A stretch of DNA of 64,000 nucleotides. Origin: Candidatus Methylomirabilota bacterium. GTDB taxonomy: Bacteria; Methylomirabilota; Methylomirabilia; Rokubacteriales; CSP1-6. Below, piece by piece: positions 36,300-46,533 of this stretch (the first letter of the stretch is position 1; each line of letters starts with the position of its first letter). Below the pieces are notes generated by a model. It made no database searches. It was not told where the DNA came from and saw nothing but the letters and a program-made list of their open reading frames with translations. Position numbers and translations under genes: made by a program. The stretch covers positions 5,223 through 69,222 of the forward strand of contig DASTFB010000070.1 of the NCBI GenBank assembly GCA_035709005.1, written 5' to 3'.

Positions 36300-37067
36300 A
36301 TGGATCTGCGCTCGGTGAAGGCGGTGGTGACCGGAGGCGCCTCCGGGCTCGGACGGGCGACCGCGGCCCGCCTGACCGCCGCCGGCGGCGGCGTGGGCCT
36401 GCTGGATCTGCCGACGTCGTCCGGAGCCGCCGTGGCCGGCGCGCTGGGAGCGCGAACGCTGTTCGCGCCGGCCGACGTCACCCGGGCCGAGCAGGTCGAG
36501 GCGGCTCTGGAGACGGCGCGGGCGCGCTTCGGCGGCCTCAACGCCCTCGTCAACTGCGCAGGCATCGGGACGGCCATGAAGACGCTGGGCAAGTCGGGAC
36601 CGGCCAACCTCGAGGCCTTCACGCGCGTCATCCAGGTCAACCTGATCGGCACCTTCAACTGCATCCGGCTCGCCGCCGCGGTCATGGCGCGCAACGAGCC
36701 GTCGCCGGACGGTGAGCGCGGTGTGATCGTGAACACCGCGTCGGTCGCCGCCTTCGACGGGCAGATCGGGCAGGCGGCCTATTCGGCCTCCAAGGGCGGC
36801 ATCGTCGGCATGACGCTGCCCATCGCGCGCGACCTGGCCGAGGCGGGGATCCGGGTCGTCACCATCGCGCCCGGCATCTTCGACACCCCCCTGCTGGGCA
36901 CGCTGCCCGAGCCGGTGAGAGCCTCACTGGCCCGTCAGGTTCCCTTTCCGCAGCGCCTGGGCCAGCCGGATGAGTACGCCGCTCTCGTCGGGCACATCAT
37001 CGAGAACGTGATGCTCAACGGCGAGACGATCCGGCTCGACGGCGCCATCCGCATGGCTCCCCGGTAG
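36300..37067 (+). CDS. SDR-family oxidoreductase (3-hydroxyacyl-CoA dehydrogenase type 2-like)
   Basis: [25 protein letters not shown] motifs. Confidence 0.85.
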   Translation: MDLRSVKAVVTGGASGLGRATAARLTAAGGGVGLLDLPTSSGAAVAGALGARTLFAPADVTRAEQVEAALETARARFGGLNALVNCAGIGTAMKTLGKSGPANLEAFTRVIQVNLIGTFNCIRLAAAVMARNEPSPDGERGVIVNTASVAAFDGQIGQAAYSASKGGIVGMTLPIARDLAEAGIRVVTIAPGIFDTPLLGTLPEPVRASLARQVPFPQRLGQPDEYAALVGHIIENVMLNGETIRLDGAIRMAPR

Positions 37068-37139
37068 TAGAGCACGAGACTCCGCGCGCGAATGATCGCG
37101 ACGCAGATCGCGTGACCGAGCGACCGCGCGCGCGGTTCC

Positions 37140-37185
37140 GGCGGGGCACGGGCGTGGCGACAGCCCGGGTGCCCGTGCCCTGTTG
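37140..37185. repeat. family-B repeat core, inverted copy
   Basis: ggggcacgggcgtggcgacagcccgggtgcccgtgccc is the reverse complement of the 28244/25237 core. Confidence 0.6.
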
Positions 37186-37857
37186 ATGAAACATTCCCGG
37201 ACGGTCGCCGAGGTCCGTTCGCCGCTCTCGGGGCGGATCCGCGTCGTCGAGGACCGGGCCGAGCGGCGGCTGATCGTGGCCGGGGACACGCTGTCCGTCT
37301 ACCCGCTGAACGGCGACTGGTCCCGCCTGGACCGCGAGTACTGGGCGCGAGCGGTGGCGGGCGTCCCGCGACGCCGGCAGTCCACCGCGCTGCTGGTCGG
37401 CCTGGGGGGAGGCACGCAGGTGCATCTGCTGGCCGAACGTATCCGGCCGCGGCTCATCAGCGTGATCGAGCGAGACCCCACGATCATCCGGCTGGCCACC
37501 CGCTGGTTCGGGCTCGATGCGCGAGAGGGTCTGGAGTTCCTGTGCGGCGAAGCCGAACGCGTCGTCCCCTGGCTGGCCTCCACGCGGCGGCGCTTCCACT
37601 TCATCATGGAGGATGCCGCCTACGCCGGCGACGTCGCCGAGGCCCTGCCGCTGGCCCTCGGCCTGGCCGGTCTGGTCGCTCCCGATGGGCTGCTGGTGAT
37701 CAACCGGCACCGGCGCCGCGGGGTGGACCGGCTGGCCGCGGCCCTGCGGCCGCTGTTCGCCGCGGTCACTCTCCGGCGCGTGCGTAGCGAGGGCGAGAAC
37801 GTCCTCGTGTCTTGCGCGCGCCCGCGACGGCGTCAGCCGGCGGGCAGGCGCTTGTGA
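37186..37857 (+). CDS. class I SAM-dependent methyltransferase / spermidine-synthase-like protein
   Basis: [11 protein letters not shown] glycine-rich SAM motif and a downstream acidic FHFIMEDA block. Confidence 0.55.
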   Translation: MKHSRTVAEVRSPLSGRIRVVEDRAERRLIVAGDTLSVYPLNGDWSRLDREYWARAVAGVPRRRQSTALLVGLGGGTQVHLLAERIRPRLISVIERDPTIIRLATRWFGLDAREGLEFLCGEAERVVPWLASTRRRFHFIMEDAAYAGDVAEALPLALGLAGLVAPDGLLVINRHRRRGVDRLAAALRPLFAAVTLRRVRSEGENVLVSCARPRRRQPAGRRL

Positions 37858-39512
37858 CGCAGCCGATGCGGCCGCTCTGCTTCTGCGCCGAGCCGGCGGC
37901 GTCGGTCGGCTTCGTAGTCCGAGTAGTTGCCCTCCACCCACACGACCCGGCCTTCGTCTTCGAACGCCAGGATGTGGGTGGCGATGCGATCGAGGAACCA
38001 GCGGTCATGGCTGATCATGACGGCGCAGCCGGCGAACTCCAGGAGCGCCTCTTCCAGCGCGCGCAACGTGTCGACGTCGAGGTCGTTGGTGGGCTCGTCG
38101 AGGAGCAGGACGTTGGCACCGCTCTTGAGCACCGTGGCCAGGTGCAAGCGGTTGCGCTCGCCGCCCGAGAGATCCCCGACCCGTTTCTGCTGGTCGGGGC
38201 CCTTGAAGTTGAAGGAGGCGACGTAGGCGCGGGACGCCACACGGCGCCCGCCGAACGCGAGTTGCTCCTCGCCGCCCGAGATCTGCTCCCACACGGTCTT
38301 GGCGGGATCCAGCGCCTCCCGGCTCTGGTCGACGTAGGCCAGCTGCACCGACTCCCCCACCCGCAGCGTGCCGGCGTCCGGTTTCTCCTGGCCGACGATG
38401 AGGCGGAACAGCGTGGTCTTGCCCGCGCCATTGGGACCGATCACGCCGACGATGCCGCCCCGCGGCAGGCTGAACGACAGGTCGTCGATGAGCACGCGCT
38501 CGCCGTAGGCCTTGCTGACGTGCTGGGCCTCGATCACCAGGTCGCCCAGCCGGGGGCCTGACGGGATGGCGATCTGCAGCGCTTCGGTCCGGCGCTCCAG
38601 AGGCTCGTTCAGCATCGCCTCGTAGGCCTGCAGCCGCGCCCGGGACTTGGCCTGGCGCGCGCGCGGCGCCATCCGCACCCATTCCAGCTCCCGCTCGAGG
38701 GTGCGCTGCCGGGCGAGGTCCGCCTTCTCTTCTTGCTCGAGGCGCTGGCGCTTCTGCTCCAGCCACGACGAGTAGTTGCCCTCCCAGGGGATGCCGGCCC
38801 CTCGGTCCAGCTCCAGGATCCAGCCGGCCACATTGTCGAGGAAGTACCGGTCGTGGGTGACCGCCACGATGGTGCCGGCGTAGTCCTTGAGATAGCGCTC
38901 CAGCCAGGCCACCGATTCGGCGTCCAGATGGTTGGTGGGCTCGTCCAGCAGGAGCATGTCCGGGCGGGAGAGGAGCAGCCGGCACAGCGCGACGCGGCGG
39001 CGCTCGCCTCCCGAGATCGTGCTGACGTCCAAGTCTGGCGCTGGCGCGCGGAGCGCGTCCATGGCGAGCTCCACCGTGTGGTCCAGGTCCCAGGCATTGG
39101 CCGCGTCGATCCGATCCTGGAGCCGGGCCTGCTCCTCCAGGAGCTTCTCCATCGCCTCGCCGTCCAGCGGCTCGGCCAGGCGGGCGCTGACGTCCTCGAA
39201 GCGGTCGAGCAGCGCGCGAATCTCGGCCACCCCTTCCTCGACGTTGCCGCGGACGTCCTTGCTGGCGTCGAGCTGGGGCTCCTGGGGAAGATAGCCGATA
39301 CGCAGACCTTTGGCCGGGAAGGCCTCGCCCAGGAAATCGCGGTCGACGCCGGCCATGATGCGGAGCAACGTCGACTTGCCGCTGCCGTTGGCGCCGATCA
39401 CGCCGATCTTGGCGCCGTGGAAGAAGCTGAGCCAGATGCCGCGCAGGATCTCGCGCTTGGGCGGGACGACCTTGCGCAGATCCTTCATGACGAACGCGTA
39501 CTCGCCGGCCAC
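37833..39512 (-). CDS. ettA: energy-dependent translational throttle protein EttA (ABC-F ATPase)
   Basis: [55 protein letters not shown]; two ABC domains, 559 aa. Confidence 0.9.
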   Translation of the reverse strand: MAGEYAFVMKDLRKVVPPKREILRGIWLSFFHGAKIGVIGANGSGKSTLLRIMAGVDRDFLGEAFPAKGLRIGYLPQEPQLDASKDVRGNVEEGVAEIRALLDRFEDVSARLAEPLDGEAMEKLLEEQARLQDRIDAANAWDLDHTVELAMDALRAPAPDLDVSTISGGERRRVALCRLLLSRPDMLLLDEPTNHLDAESVAWLERYLKDYAGTIVAVTHDRYFLDNVAGWILELDRGAGIPWEGNYSSWLEQKRQRLEQEEKADLARQRTLERELEWVRMAPRARQAKSRARLQAYEAMLNEPLERRTEALQIAIPSGPRLGDLVIEAQHVSKAYGERVLIDDLSFSLPRGGIVGVIGPNGAGKTTLFRLIVGQEKPDAGTLRVGESVQLAYVDQSREALDPAKTVWEQISGGEEQLAFGGRRVASRAYVASFNFKGPDQQKRVGDLSGGERNRLHLATVLKSGANVLLLDEPTNDLDVDTLRALEEALLEFAGCAVMISHDRWFLDRIATHILAFEDEGRVVWVEGNYSDYEADRRRRLGAEAERPHRLRHKRLPAG

Positions 39513-39960
39513 CTAGCCTCCCGCCACGAGGCGCCGATGCTCGGGCATCATACAGCGGTCCTGCACGACGCGAATGCCCGCGCGGGCCAGAAGCTCGGCG
39601 GCGCGGTCGTTGCGGATCCCGAGCTGGAACCACACCACCCGGGGCCGCCAGGGCAAGGCCAGGATCTCGCGGGCGTGCGCGGGCAAATGCTCGGACCGCC
39701 GGAAGACCTCGATGAGATCCACCGGTTGCTCGAGATCGCCCAGCGTCGGCACGACGGGACGGCCGAACAGCGCCCGTCCGGCGAGGGTCGGATTCACGGG
39801 GACGATGCGATAGCCCCGAGCGGCAAGGTACGCCGGCACATAGTGAGCGGGCTCGTCCGCCTGGGCCTTGGCGCCCAGCACAGCGACGGTCTTCACCTCG
39901 CCCAAGATGGCGCGCAACCCCTCATCCGTCGTCACCACGTTCCCCGTCCAGTCCGCCACG
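39513..39960 (-). CDS. CoA-binding domain protein (YccU-like)
   Basis: ...VAVLGAK.....AHYVPAYLAARGYRIVPVNP... CoA-binding fold; start uncertain (GTG). Confidence 0.55.
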
Positions 39961-40067
39961 CCACCGATTCTAGCCCCACGCCGGGCCGAGCGCGCGTTCA
40001 GCCTCTGCTCGCGCCGTGCGACGACCCAACAATTCATGAACACCCACGCAGGCCCGGGCGGGCGGCG

Positions 40068-41199
40068 CTACACGATCGCGCGGAGGATCTGCGCGCCGAG
40101 CGCCTCGACGCGCCAGCGACGGACGCCCGGAACGCGCGCCAGGGCGTCGCCGCTGCGCGGTCCGGCCTCGGCGATGGGACGGATCAGACGATTGGGCAGC
40201 AGAACGCCCGGGTCGAGACCGAGCTGAGGGGCCGCCGTCACGCGCCAGGCCCGAAGCGCTTCGATCCGGCGCCGTACGCCGGCGGGAACCCCCGGCAGCC
40301 GAGGCGGGGGGGTCGTCGAGGGCAGCGCGCTCTCGGGCAGGGCCAGGGCAGCGGCGACCGCATCGACGATCGCCTGCCCCCAGCGATTCACCACGCGCTC
40401 CGTGCAGCCGGGCACGCTCGCCAGCGCCGACAGGGTCATGGGGGAGGCCTGGGCGATGGCGACCAGACTCGCCTCGGGCAGGATCTTAAACGGCGGCCGA
40501 TCGGCGGCCAGGGACAGGCGCTCACGCAGCTCGTACAGCGCCCGGAGGACGGCCTGGCCCCGCGGGCTGAGGTCGCGGGCCCCCTTGAGGCGCAGGAAGG
40601 CCTGGGGATCGGGCACCCGCTCGGGGGCGGGCTCGGCAGCCAGCGCCGCGCATTCTTCTTCCACCCAGGCCAGCCGTCCCACTCGCCGCAGCTCCTCGGT
40701 CAGGCGGTCTTTGAGCGCCAGGAGATGCTCGACGTCGGCGACGGCGTAGCGCTCCTGCGCCTCGCTGAGCGGCCGGACCGACCAGTCGTCCTTCTGTCGC
40801 GATGGCGGCAGCTCGACGCCCAGATACTGCCCTAACAGGACGTCGAGCCCGAGCGCTCGGACCCCCAGGAACCTGGCGGCCAGCGAGGTGTCGAAGACGG
40901 CGGCGAAAGAAAATCCGAAGCGGCTCTTGAGGTGAACCAGGTCGTTGTCCCCGGCATGGAGCACGACCAGCGGGCGCGGAGCGGCGAACACGGGGGCCAG
41001 CGGCGCGAGATCGGTGAGGGCCAGGGGATCGACCAGCCAGGCTGCCCCGGTGCGGTCGGCGACCTGGATCAGCGCCAGGCGCTCGGGATAGTGGTAGAGG
41101 CTGTCGGCTTCGGTGTCGACGGAGATCTCCCCGACCTCACCCAGGCGGTCAGCCAGCTGGATGAGGTCGGGCTCGGTACGGACCCAGCGGAGAACGGCT
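40068..41199 (-). CDS. rnd: ribonuclease D
   Basis: ...ISVDTEADSLYHYPERLALIQVA... DEDDy exonuclease motif plus C-terminal HRDC region. Frame open upstream of the ORF-track start to an ATA at 41197-41199 preceded by GGGGAGG (no ATG/GTG/TTG available). Confidence 0.7.
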
Positions 41200-41266
41200 A
41201 TGCGCGACCTCCCCGGTGATTGTGCCCGCCCCGTGGGACGCGGTCAACGCCGGGCCTGTGGCGAGA

Positions 41267-41656
41267 TCAGCTCAGCGGCGGCGGCCGGTCCAGGAGCGGT
41301 CGGACCACCGAGACCAGGTGAGCCTCTTCCACGGGCTTGCGCAGGAATGCCATGACGCCCGCCGCCTCGGCGACAAGCAGAGCCTCGGGCCCGTCGACGC
41401 CGGGGACGAGCGCGACGATGGGCACCGTGGCGCCGGCGGCGAGCGTGCGCAGACGCCGGGTGAATCCGAGCGCCCCGCTGCCCCGGAGCGCCAGGTCGAC
41501 GAGCACCACGCTGGGCCACGTACGGCGGGCCAGCTCGATCCCGGTCTCGGCGGACTCGGTCATGAGAACCCGCGCCTCGGGAAAGAGATCGGCGAGCTGA
41601 TCGCCCAGCGTCCGCCGCACCTCGGGATCGGCCTCCACCAGCAGGATCGACCGCAT
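41267..41656 (-). CDS. single-domain response regulator (REC)
   Basis: MRSILLVEADPEVRRTLGDQL...VVLVDLAL...LRKP receiver-domain pattern. Confidence 0.7.
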   Translation of the reverse strand: MRSILLVEADPEVRRTLGDQLADLFPEARVLMTESAETGIELARRTWPSVVLVDLALRGSGALGFTRRLRTLAAGATVPIVALVPGVDGPEALLVAEAAGVMAFLRKPVEEAHLVSVVRPLLDRPPPLS

Positions 41657-41695
41657 GCCCGGAGTGTACCTCCGGCCGGAAGGCCGGCCGGGGCC

Positions 41696-42654
41696 TCAGG
41701 CGCCCGGTGCCAGCTCCGTCTCGGCGAGCCAGTCGGGAAGGCGGCCGGTGCGGCGCAAGCAGTCCAGCACTCTGGCCGGGCTTCCCAGCTCGCCCCACCC
41801 GGTGCCGGCGACCGGCAAGGTCAGGAGCCGGCCCGGAAGGCGAGCCAGGACCTGCTCGGAGAAGCCCAGGGCGGGAGCGTTCGCGTAGACGGCCTCGCTC
41901 ACCAGGGACTCTCGTGGTCCGCCCAGGGCACGGGCGAGGGTGGTGAAGCGTCGGGTCAGCCCCGGGATCGCCGACCCCAACAGCGCCAGGAACCCCGGCA
42001 CCGAGCCGACCATGACGAAGCTGTTCCACAGGCATCCACGTCGAAACAGCCTCCGGGCCAGTCCGGCGCCCGGCTTCTCCCAGAAGCGATGGATACGATG
42101 GACAGCCGTCCCGTTGACGGGAAGCGGCTTCGGCGCCGGCTGGATCCAGCCGTACTCGGGCTCGGCCCGGGACGGCTGGATGCCCAACACGACGACGTGT
42201 TCCGGAAACAACCGGGCCGCCTCGATCGCGTGCTGAACGTGGCGCATGAACGCTCGATCGTCGCTGACCTCGTGATCGGTAGGGAACACGGCCACGGGCA
42301 CGTCGCCCGCAAGATTGCGCACGGTGAGCACGGCGTAGAGAATCGCGGCGGCGGTCCCGCGGTTGGCCGGCTGCACGACCAGGCGGCCGGGAAGCACGGT
42401 AGGACGAGATCGCCGAAGTAATCGGCGTGGTGCCGGGTGACGACCACGACCTGCCGATCGGGCCGGACCGCCAGGGTGACCCGGCGGCGCGTGCGTTCCA
42501 GCAGCGTGTCGCCTCCCAGGATGGCGCAAAACTGCTTGGGCCGGCCGTCCCCCGCGATGCGCTCGGTCAGCGGACGCAGCCGCTGTCCGTCGCCGCCGGC
42601 GAGCAAGATGGCCCAGGGATCGTGACCATGAGCGAGCACCGCGTCGCAGAGCAC
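41696..42654 (-). pseudogene. mannose-1-phosphate guanylyltransferase-like gene disrupted by a 1-nt frameshift in a poly-C tract (pseudogene or sequencing error)
   Basis: N-terminal half (...AILLAGGDGQRLRPLT...VVVTRHHADYFGDLVLPCF) and C-terminal half (GRLVVQPANRGTAAAILYAV...) lie in different frames, joined at ttccc|ggccgcc near 42390. Confidence 0.55.
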
Positions 42655-42796
42655 GCAACTCCGATGCCGCGCGAATCGCGTGGGTCAGCCGATGCTCCGA
42701 CCGCCCGTGGGAAACGAACTGCCCAGGCTGGGGAGAAACATCGTCGCGTCGGGCCCCCACGCGCGTGGTAGGATGCAGCCCGCCGCGGAGGCGATC

Positions 42797-43279
42797 ATGA
42801 CGAGGCGTCTGGAAATCGTGCACCACGCCGATCGGCGGACCGACGTGGCGATGCCGTATGCGCCCGGGCTGGTGGTTCGCCGCGGGCGGCTCCTCTTCCT
42901 GTCCGGCGTGACCGCGGCGCCGGTCTATCACAGCCACCCGCACCGCGACGAGGAGTTCGACCTGCCCGCCACGATGCACGAGCAGGCCGTCCTCACCATG
43001 GAGAACGTCCGCAAGACGCTGGAGGCCGCGGGGGCAGGCCTGAGCGACATCGTCTCGGCGACGCGGTACCTCATCGACGTGAGCGAGCAGGACGACCTCA
43101 ACCGGGTCTGGGCCAAATACCTGGGCGACCATCTGCCCGCGACCACCACCGTCGAGGTGTCCCGGCTGGCCACTCACGCCCGCTGCAAGGTCGAGATCAG
43201 CGTGATCGCCGTCGTCGACGATCGCCCGGCCCGTCGGCGGCGCGGCGGCCGGCGGCGCGCCCCCTCCGGCCGGCGCTGA
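42797..43279 (+). CDS. ridA: RidA/YjgF-family reactive-intermediate deaminase
   Basis: ...PAPVYHSHPH...TRY... with C-terminal ...KVEIS... YjgF pattern; GGAGG SD. Confidence 0.75.
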   Translation: MTRRLEIVHHADRRTDVAMPYAPGLVVRRGRLLFLSGVTAAPVYHSHPHRDEEFDLPATMHEQAVLTMENVRKTLEAAGAGLSDIVSATRYLIDVSEQDDLNRVWAKYLGDHLPATTTVEVSRLATHARCKVEISVIAVVDDRPARRRRGGRRRAPSGRR

Positions 43280-43280
43280 C

Positions 43281-44189
43281 ATGGCCGTCCTGGGCTTCGT
43301 CGGGCTGGGCGCGATGGGCAGCCGCATGGCCCAGCGCCTGCTGGCCGCCAAGCACGAGGTGGTGGGCTACAACCGCACCCCGGACAAGGCCCGCAGCCTC
43401 GTCGCGGCGGGGCTCCAGCTCGTGCCCACCCCGCGTGCCGCCGCCGAGGCGGCCGAGGTCGTGTTCAGCATGGTCACCGACAACACCGCCCTGCGGGCCG
43501 TGGCGCTGGGCGAGCGCGGCATCGTGGCCGGGCTCAAGCCCGATGCCGTGTACGTCGAGATGAGCACGGTGAGTCCGGCCGTCACCCGCGAGATCGGGGA
43601 GGCGGTCGCCGCCCGCGGCGCGGTGATGCTGGACGCCCCGGTCTCCGGCAGCACCATCACGCTGGAACGGGGCCAGGCCTCGTTCATGGTCGGCGGCGAC
43701 CCCAAGGCGCTGGACCGCGTGCGGCCGTACCTGCTCGACATCGGTACCGCTGTCACCCACGTCGGCCCCCTCGGGCTGGCCAAGACCATGAAGGTGGCGA
43801 CCAATCTCGGGCTCGCCGTCCAGATGCTGGCCTTCAGCGAGGCGGTGTTGCTGGCCGAGAAGTCGGGAATCCCTCGGGACGTCGCGGTGGAGGTGCTGTT
43901 CAAGTCGGTGGTCGCCTCGCCGATGGTGAAGTACCGGGGCCCGTTCGTGGTGGGTCAGATGCCGCGGGAGGCGTGGTTTCCTGTCCCCATGATCCAGAAG
44001 GACGTGCAACTGGCGCTCGATCAGGGCCGCGCCGTCGGCGTGCCCCTGCCCACGACGGCCCTGACCCAGGAATGGCTCACCATGGCGCGTGGCCTGGGGC
44101 TCGGCGACTACGACTTCGGCGTCCTGTTCGACGTGCTGGCCGACCTCAGCGGCCTTCCCCGCAGCGCCAAGCCCTCCGAGCTACCCTAG
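43281..44189 (+). CDS. NAD(P)-dependent oxidoreductase, HIBADH family (third paralogue)
   Basis: MAVLGFVGLGAMGSRMAQRLL, DAPVSGS, GLAKTMKVATN. Confidence 0.85.
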   Translation: MAVLGFVGLGAMGSRMAQRLLAAKHEVVGYNRTPDKARSLVAAGLQLVPTPRAAAEAAEVVFSMVTDNTALRAVALGERGIVAGLKPDAVYVEMSTVSPAVTREIGEAVAARGAVMLDAPVSGSTITLERGQASFMVGGDPKALDRVRPYLLDIGTAVTHVGPLGLAKTMKVATNLGLAVQMLAFSEAVLLAEKSGIPRDVAVEVLFKSVVASPMVKYRGPFVVGQMPREAWFPVPMIQKDVQLALDQGRAVGVPLPTTALTQEWLTMARGLGLGDYDFGVLFDVLADLSGLPRSAKPSELP

Positions 44190-45236
44190 CTTCTCCCGCA
44201 GCCAGTCCGCCACGAGCGGACGGTACTTGTACGGGATGTTGTTGCAGACGTGGTTGCCGTCCGGGTACATGACGAGCTCCGCCTTCGGGGCCTCGGCGGC
44301 CAGGCGCTCGGCGTGCTGATAGGGAATCAGCCGGTCCAGCTTGCCGAAGACCACCAGCAGGGGCTGCCTCACCCGGCCGGCGACACCCTCGAGATCCAGG
44401 CGCGCGGCCCGGGCCCGCGCGTCGGTCTGGTCGCGGGCGCCCGAGTGATAGGTGAAGGTCTCCCGCGTGATGGGCGGCAGATCGTCCCACAGCGGCGCGA
44501 AGCCGTACGGGCCGCCCAGGGCGGCGACCGCCCGCAAGCGGTCCTCGAACGCCGCTGCCCGCGGGGCATAGTACCCGCCCAGGCTCACGCCGGCGGCGCC
44601 GATACGCTCGAGGTCCAGGTCGCGACGGCCCTTGACCGCGTCCAGCATGGCGCTGACCGCGACCTCGTAGTCGTGACGGATGTGCGTGCGGTAGCCCGTC
44701 TCACCCTGGCCCGGGCCCTCCATCGTGAGCGTGGCCATGCCGCGGGCGAGGAACACGTTCTCCCAGTTGAAGAACTCCTCCTTGGCCGAGTCCAGCCCGG
44801 GGATCAGCAGCACGAGAGGGGGCCGCGCGGCAGCGGGCGGGCGGCGAAGGTTGCCGACCATGACGGCGCCGTCGAAGCCGACCTCCAGGCGCTCGGCGCC
44901 GGGGTCCAGGTGGCGGTGGGCCGCGTAGAGGCTCGAGACGGCGCGGTCGGCAGCCGCGCGGTGTCGCGCAGGATCGACCATCCACACGAACTTGGCGAAG
45001 TGATAGCAGAGCGCAGCCCGGACCCAGGCCTCGCCGGCCGTCCGCGTCCGCCCTCTGACCTCGGCCTCCCGCGCCAGGCCGGCGTGCATGTCCCCGATCT
45101 GGCACCACGCCGGCAGCCACTGGTCCCAGCGCTCGAGCCCGGCGGTCGTCGCGACGAAGTCGTTGTAGTCGACGCCCTGGGTGACGAAGCGCGGGGCCCA
45201 GTGCTGCAGCGCCGCCTGGATGCGCGCGTCAGGCAT
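44181..45236 (-). CDS. alpha/beta-hydrolase (FrsA-like esterase family)
   Basis: GVSLGGY nucleophile elbow, GNHVCNN near the C-terminus; 60-70% identical by eye to 46526-47581. Confidence 0.75.
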   Translation of the reverse strand: MPDARIQAALQHWAPRFVTQGVDYNDFVATTAGLERWDQWLPAWCQIGDMHAGLAREAEVRGRTRTAGEAWVRAALCYHFAKFVWMVDPARHRAAADRAVSSLYAAHRHLDPGAERLEVGFDGAVMVGNLRRPPAAARPPLVLLIPGLDSAKEEFFNWENVFLARGMATLTMEGPGQGETGYRTHIRHDYEVAVSAMLDAVKGRRDLDLERIGAAGVSLGGYYAPRAAAFEDRLRAVAALGGPYGFAPLWDDLPPITRETFTYHSGARDQTDARARAARLDLEGVAGRVRQPLLVVFGKLDRLIPYQHAERLAAEAPKAELVMYPDGNHVCNNIPYKYRPLVADWLREKLG

Positions 45237-46533
45237 CGGCCTCTCCCTGGGCCGCCCGCCAGGGACGGCCGAAGCGGTCTTGATAGACGAAGTCGTCCAG
45301 CGGCCGGGGATTCCGGGGCGGGCGTTCCGCGGGCACGCCGAAGGGCATGACGCCGATCAGATCCCACGCTCGGGGACAATCGATGAGCGTCTTCACCTGT
45401 TCCTCGACCCAGTGTGTGACCAGAGTCGTCCCCAGGCCCAGTCCGTGGGCCATCACCGCCATGTTCTGAGCGGCCAGGCCGCCGGCGTGCATGTGAGTGG
45501 CCTCGCCGTGGATGTGGGGTCCGCCTCTGGTAGGGTCGCTGATGAGCGCGATCGCCAGCGGGACTGCTCGCCAGTCGGGATGCTCGCCGGCGCTGCCGCG
45601 GTAGGCCGGCACCCAGTGCGCCGAGATCTCCACGGACTCGCGGGCCAGGTCGCCCAGGCGGGCCAGCCGGGCGCGGTCGCGCAGCAGGACGTAGCGCACC
45701 GGCTGGAAGTTGCCCGCCGAGGGCGCCCACTGGCCCGCCCGCAAGATCTCGACGACGCTGGACATCGGCACCGGCTCGTCGCGGAACCGGGTGACCCACC
45801 GAACGCCGGTGACCGTCTCCAGCAACTCGGGCACCCGGCCGTCGCTCCCACCGTCGGCGGCCAGCGCGGCCGGGGCGGGGGCGCGGTACCGCTCCTCGGC
45901 CACGAGCTCGGCGAGCGGCAGCCGCGTGAGCGAGGCGGCCAGCACTTTGGGGTTGGTGCGGCGCAGATCGGGCCAGCCCACGCCCATCACGCCGATGGTG
46001 TCCCAGGAAAAGGGCACGTCGAGCAGCCGCTTGAGCTTCTCCTGAGAGAAGTGGCTGTACATCACCAGCGCCATTCCGTAGGCGCGGGCGGCCAGCGCCA
46101 GGTTCTCCGCCGCCGCCGCGGCGGCGAGATGATGATTCCAGTTGTTGTGGATGTGGGTGGGCCCCGCGCCAGGATCCGCGCAGACGGCGATGCAGAAGGG
46201 CGTCGCCGTCCAGTGCTGAACGTAGCCGCGCAGACCGGCCGGGCGGAAGAGACCTTCCCAGTGATTGGAGATGGCCTTCGACTCCCGGGTGAGGGCGAAC
46301 AGCCGGCGCTTGAGGTCGGGATCGTCCAGGACGATGAGGCGCACCGGATCGCTGTCCGCGGCCGTCCAGCCCCAGCGGGCGGCGTCCAGCACGCCGGCCC
46401 GCGTGGGGCCGGCGACGGGGCGCCGCAGGAACGTCCGGAAGGTGCGCCGGGTGAGCAGCCCGGCCCGCACGTCGGGCCGGGGGTCCAGCCCGACGTGGGG
46501 CGAGGCCAGCAGGAGCGAGGGATCCTCAGGCAA
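45229..46533 (-). CDS. tandem-nitroreductase-domain protein
   Basis: Two nitroreductase-like halves (...LLASPHVGL... / ...SAGNFQPVRYVLL...), 434 aa. Confidence 0.7.
   Translation of the reverse strand: MPEDPSLLLASPHVGLDPRPDVRAGLLTRRTFRTFLRRPVAGPTRAGVLDAARWGWTAADSDPVRLIVLDDPDLKRRLFALTRESKAISNHWEGLFRPAGLRGYVQHWTATPFCIAVCADPGAGPTHIHNNWNHHLAAAAAAENLALAARAYGMALVMYSHFSQEKLKRLLDVPFSWDTIGVMGVGWPDLRRTNPKVLAASLTRLPLAELVAEERYRAPAPAALAADGGSDGRVPELLETVTGVRWVTRFRDEPVPMSSVVEILRAGQWAPSAGNFQPVRYVLLRDRARLARLGDLARESVEISAHWVPAYRGSAGEHPDWRAVPLAIALISDPTRGGPHIHGEATHMHAGGLAAQNMAVMAHGLGLGTTLVTHWVEEQVKTLIDCPRAWDLIGVMPFGVPAERPPRNPRPLDDFVYQDRFGRPWRAAQGEADA

Noticed and set aside
42380-42400. Programmed +1/-1 ribosomal frameshift in the guanylyltransferase-like gene
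   Set aside because: No slippery heptamer or downstream structure. A second, unrelated gene (GAF kinase) also breaks in a poly-C run, so a homopolymer sequencing/assembly error or simple decay is the simpler explanation.
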